NCBI GenBank assembly: GCA_965637545.1
Contig: OZ281494.1
Coordinates: 868,001-932,000 of the forward strand
Length of the DNA stretch: 64,000 bases
Origin: Phallusia mammillata
Lineage: Eukaryota
Direction: 5' to 3'
A program made the translations under genes and the position numbers. How positions within the stretch are numbered: position 1 is the first letter of the stretch; every line of letters starts with the position of its first letter. Shown one piece after another: positions 58,577 through 64,000 of the stretch. The notes under the pieces were generated by a model that was not told where the DNA came from, did no database searches, and saw nothing but the letters and a program-made list of their open reading frames with translations.

Positions 58577-60215
58577 CAGGGAAGTATAATTATTGATTGA
58601 CTATTGTTTACGGACGAATTTGATTACCTTACTACGACATTGCCTACTCCCCTTATTTTTAATCTCTAACTTGCGATTGCTAATCCTAAATGACAACAAC
58701 TGTACCATGTTTTGACTATAATTTTTACTGGGAAATGTCACCTTTATGCTTGATACGGTCTAATAATAATCTACTTGTCTACTTAATTAGAAATCCTCGT
58801 CTCTCTCGTACGTGATTGCGGTAATTGGGGCCGCATGCGCCTAAGGCAGCAATTATTTCATTTTTACTACTTCTACATAATTGTCAGACCCAATAGTCTG
58901 TAAGTCCTTGCACAATAGGGATTGACTGCTTCTCGCTATAGACAAACAAGCGAAAGTTGGTCATTAGGGCATAGAAAGTTTGCTGACCGTTATCATTCAT
59001 AGATAAGCATGTTCTTGTTTGGTTTATTACTAATACTCTTACGTGGCAGTTTGTTTGCTCTAAATAGTTAGCGTCGCAAAGTTGCAGATTTAATGTTTTG
59101 TTTTTTTGAGTGTAGTTTTACAGAAAGATCAATGCTACATGAGGTTCAGACGACTTCTACCGATACTGACGACAAATTGTCAAGCACAGTAAGTACTCTA
59201 ATCATCATCGGCCTTGCTTACGCCAATACAGCTATAAGTATTCTAAGAACCTCGTAGATTGGCCGTTCTAACAACTACCTTCATATTGAAACGAAAACGA
59301 TCATAACATTCGTTCTAAGTACCTAGTAGGTTGACCCTGTATAAAAATAATTTTAGATTTGACATGACTATATGTGAAACCAATACGATAAAAATGAAAT
59401 TGTGTTTAATCAATTAAACGTGCCAAGGAAAAATGCAGGAGAATGCTACAGTAATAAAGCGGAAAGATGTTAAAGCAAATGCAAATGGCCTTGACATAGC
59501 GCCGCCGCGCGCACGCGTTCATCGAACGCCAAGCCACTGGTTCATATTGAACTTTATAATTCAATGAGCACAGCTCAAAGCAGCATTTTTCACATGTAAA
59601 ATCAAGTCGCCAGCACAGCTACGCGTCAAACCGTAAAAAAGCTTAGCAAAAACTCTGAAAAGTACGGCAGCTCGTTTAATTTCTTACAAGAATTCGATGC
59701 TGAAACACTTGTCAAATGTCAAAACTATTTTTATTTGTATATCACAAACCTACATAGTACTTAGAATTTGCGCCTTTTTTCAATCGTATTGTATATATAT
59801 ACTTAATCAAAATTATAGCCCTAAAATACCCTTATATAATCATTGGTGTGAATATTTTGCCGCGCAAATCTTGAGTTGAGATTTCAGACATTCAGGGACA
59901 TTAACGTACGAATTCAATTGTTCGAATCACACCGGATCAACTGTTCGCATCACATCAAACAACATTCTACGCATGTCCATTGGTACGATGACGTTCGAAA
60001 ATACAAAGACTTCCTCAACTGCAGTTCATCAATAACAACAAACAAGTTATCACCACACAGCGTGATAATCATCAAGCAAGAACGTCGAATGGACAAAAAT
60101 TTCGGCACAAAACATTTGACTTTGGAGCACGAAGCGTCAAATCGGAAACAATAAACGGACAACAAACTAATTCGGAAAACATCATCCAGGAGAATCTCTC
60201 CCGGAAAACATTTCA

Positions 60216-60230
60216 CGAGACGGAGAGTGA
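60216..60230 (+). other. Polypurine tract
   Basis: Purine-rich ACGAGACGGAGAGTGA-like run abutting the 3' LTR. Confidence 0.6.
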
Positions 60231-60891
60231 TGTATCGGACCTTGGACTTTTCATTTAAAACATATCGGACTCTGGACTTTTTAATTCAAAACATTTTAAT
60301 TCGTATAATTGTCGTGTCATACCTCACCTTTTTTCTACACAAAAGCTTGACCGGCTATTTAAACCTGTTTTTTTTATCACTGAACCGGTCAATTACTGCT
60401 TAAGGCTATCGTTTTATCGTCCCCTTACGTGTTAACGTGAAGCAACGTCTTAATCTGCTTCCAGCCATGTTAAACTTGACACTTCTATAAGCGATTTAAA
60501 GAATAATTACGGTTTAGAACACAGTTAATCTTTTCGGGCGTACGTTTTTATAACTATGCCGCATAACAACTATTTGACCTGAATGCTATAAAGACCGACG
60601 TGTTTTAAACTTAAAATCAGACCTTAAGTTACCTTCAGGCATAAGTGACTAGTGACTAGTGACTAGAGTACGCATTAGAATTGATGTCTCACAGTTGATT
60701 CGTGCGCGGTGACTTTTGTGTTGCGTGTTTAGCCGCAAGAGGCGTTTTCGTGGCATGCCTTATTGAAATATAATGGGGGAAAGTTAAACCAGTTTGCGTC
60801 TTTTTTAGGTTTGTTTCGACAGTGATAGTTTGTTTGTTTATTAGAGTCAGATACACGGAGTGTTTAATTGTCTACCCACTGGGTCAGTACA
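60231..60891 (+). repeat. 3' LTR
   Basis: Direct repeat of 56982-57642; one T/C difference (57216 vs 60465). Confidence 0.95.
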
Positions 60892-63800
60892 ATGTCTTTG
60901 CTCTTTTCGTGAATTTTTACAAATAAATATCCAAGTTGTTCAAAAACCAATGCGTGAATTTCACATAAAAAATAAAAATTGTAGTTAATGAAATAGATTC
61001 AAAAGTGTAACTTTTTGTTTCAGTAATCAATCTTGACATCAGAAACATTAGTTTTCGTATGTGGAATAAGCGATATCTTTAGGCCAAAGTTTACAAAAAA
61101 ACATAGTTTGAAAAATCCAAATGCCAGACACATAGGTCTAAACTTTAGATTCTAAAGTCAATGGGTTGAAACCTGGTGAATATTTTGTTAATCTGTTACT
61201 CGAAACGAATATGATGTTTAATGAGAATGTACAGTAACGCAGTTAACTAAACGACATTTTATTTGCTGCCCATATGAAATTTAATAATATGTAACAAAAC
61301 TCTGCTTTATTATACCCCTTTGTACTTCTCGCTTGTTCAAATATATCTGATGTCCAATATACTCTACGGAAAGATTCGAATAATCTGGGGAAAGACGAAA
61401 CAGAAACAAACCATTGCAAACGATTGCCGCGTCTTTTCCTGCTTTGCGCGGCACAAACCATCCATCATTGCAAAATCTGCTTAACGCTCAAAAACAAATT
61501 TTTCCAACAGTTAAAACGCACATCGACTTCATTCATTGAAAAAGATAAACGTTTTTCTTTTAAATTTTAAATAATTTTTCATACGACATGTACGTTAATG
61601 GGCTTTATTAACCACTAGACAGCCTGTCTGGACAGAGCTAGCAAGAATATGATGACAACTGTTGGAAGAATGTTTAGTCTTCTTGGTCCGTTCCCGAAGT
61701 TACAGTTGTCTAAATGCAAAGTTTACCGCAAAATTTAAATCCACAAATATTCACAAAACGTTTCAAAAATTCAAATAAACATTCAAATAAGTTATTTTAA
61801 ACTTTTCTACAAATTGTAACCATTTGTTGCAGATTTAAATTTATGTTTTGACAAGTATCAAACAACAACTCACAAAAAAACAAGGAAAGTTAATTCTCAA
61901 AGAGCAATGAATGCATTAAAAAAATGTTAAGATATACAGGCAGCGTTGTGTATAGTTTCCCAAACAGCGCTCTCGCTCTTGTTTATTTCAATCATATGAA
62001 ACTACATTGATAGTTACTCGAAACCAGGCAACAATGAGTTGTGAGTCAGTACCGTCGGCTAGGCATATGCGCAGTGTTTAATCATTGTTTTTTTAAGGTT
62101 AACGAGGCAAGGAAAACAAAAGTCGATTCGCGTAAATGTGTTAAATATTGCTTTGTACAGCACACAGTCTGGTAGACATTCATCAAATACAGTGTTATAC
62201 TGTTGTATGTGGATTTACATTAGTCATAAAACTTAAGCACAGCTGTAAATTAATTGTGATCCAAAGCCAAATAATACAATTTAGTGCAACTATACATAAT
62301 ACAACTTAAAACGTTTGCAGTTGAAAATTATAGACAGATATGATTTGGTTATTGTGCCAAACCAAACGTGATGACTTGGGCTTACATTAGCAAGATGTGG
62401 TTATTCTTCTGATGGTTCATATTACAGCCAAACAGACAAAACGAAATGTCTGTTTCCTCATCAAAACTGTTAATATACGTTTGTTAGGCTGTATAATAGA
62501 TAGGGTCAGCTACTTGCAATGGCCCCTAGTGGCTCCAGCTGATCCATTTTTGTTTGCGTCGTTGTTATTTCAATGTACATAACTGATTACTTACTGCGCG
62601 TGAACGAAATAAATGAAGTGAATTGAAAATATAATTTTGCCATATGTTCCGATTATTTGTGCCCAAAGCACTGCAATTTACTTAACTTAACGTGATACGA
62701 GGTAGCAACCTCAGTGATGAAATAGCAGCTGATGTTTTATTGAAAAAGTTACTTGATTTAGAAAACAGAAGTGGTTTCAAGCAACAGACAGTGCACAATG
62801 TTTCAACCAATAAAATCTTATCAGTGCGGATGGTGACGAGAAGGCCGTTTTGGCCAGTGCAGCCATCCAGTTTGTTGTAAGTAACAGGCTATATGTCAAT
62901 GCTTAACTTATTGTATAAAGCGAACAGATGAGGCATTAATTATCTTGTATACCGTGTTTAGTTGTTAAATTTAAATGCAAAATTCAAAGTTACAAGAAAG
63001 AAAAAAATTTAGTGTTGAAAAAAATGCTAAGTGCAATGGGATTTTGCCAGGTTGACTGTAAAGGAAGTAATGTTTAAACACAGAGGTTAGTAGACATGGT
63101 GTTATTGCAGTGTTAAGCTTTTAGTTACCACGTTTCTCACTTACAGTAAAACCACAGTAGAAACCTTGACAGCACGAAATTTACCGCACGACCTGTTCAC
63201 AAAAGGCGTAAGAGGGCACACTAACTAGAAGTATGATTACATGTGAATGTTTTAAATCAACTTAAAACCAACACGGGTGAACAGTGCTAAGTTTAAGCGC
63301 CCATCAGCATCCAAAACAATTCAGTACATGATTTGTGATACCTGCTGCTTTTGGTGTGAAGCCCATATTTACTCAACAAATGTAGACGAAGTTAAAAAAC
63401 TTCCGCATTCTTATAAATGAGTTCGACGTAAACAGTCCCGCCACTATAAGGAAGAAGCTTATATGAAAGACAATGCAACAAGAATTGCAGCATCGAGCAG
63501 ACAGATACGTTAGAGGATCGGTTTGCAGAAGCACATAGGTTCGCGGTTTGAGTTTGACAGGACGCAGTAGACAAGAAACCATCAAGCAAGATGAAACAAT
63601 AGGACCAGTATCAGTTACTTTATTTGAAAGTGGTTCCCTATGTTTATGTCGTATTTTCCGGGGCAGTGTTCGACTTATAAGTTTTGGCTATATTTATCTA
63701 CTTGGACGACTTAGAACCGTTTATGTTACTGAATTGAATTTAAGTTCGTATTTGCAAGAAGACTTTGCACAAAAAACAAACAAACAATAAAACCAGCAGA

Positions 63801-64000
63801 AATATACAAACTGATTTAGTTTTATTTTTAGCTTAAAGTCAGCAATATGACAGGAAGCAATATTTTTATGATATTGCTATTGGTTTATTATTCGAAAGGA
63901 CAAATCAACAGTAAGTACAACCATGTTTCCAATAATGAAAAGTTTTTGTTTTTATTTGTATTCTTGTATTTGAAATCCAGATATTGTCAAGTGAAAACGG

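Larger units (their letters stand above)
56982..60891 (+). mobile_element. Non-autonomous Ty3/gypsy (CsRn1-like) LTR retrotransposon, recently inserted
   Basis: 661-bp TG...CA LTRs differing at one position by my comparison; 4-bp TSD ATGT (56978-56981 / 60892-60895); PBS, PPT and gag-like ORF present; no RT, RNase H or integrase motifs found. Confidence 0.92.

Overview
AT-rich metazoan genomic DNA with many short (about 50-70 nt) GT-AG introns. The style is compatible with a tunicate, but this is inference and the species is not established. About 56 kb is a tandem cluster of seven paralogous type-I membrane receptor genes, reconstructed exon by exon by hand. The shared ectodomain is a signal peptide, then a C-type-lectin-like (CTL) domain split by a ~130-145 aa three-exon variable insert, then 2-5 FN3-like modules of three exons each, then one TM helix. 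There are two cytoplasmic classes. Genes 1, 4, 6 and 7 carry protein tyrosine phosphatase domains (complete tandem D1/D2 in genes 4, 6 and 7; gene 1 runs off the window within D1), and genes 4 and 7 have a juxtamembrane ITIM. Genes 2, 3 and 5 instead have short tails with paired tyrosine motifs and no phosphatase. This resembles a rapidly diversifying paired-receptor (recognition/immune-type) locus. Only genes 3 and 4 are fully intact. Genes 5, 6 and 7 each carry one detected lesion, and genes 1 and 2 are cut head-to-head at an inversion-like junction near 5646. The window also holds several hAT-type MITEs with 8-bp TSDs, two copies of a tRNA-derived SINE, an L2/CR1-type LINE remnant, a minimal hammerhead ribozyme, and a very young non-autonomous gypsy-type LTR element (56982-60891). 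The last ~3 kb could not be resolved.
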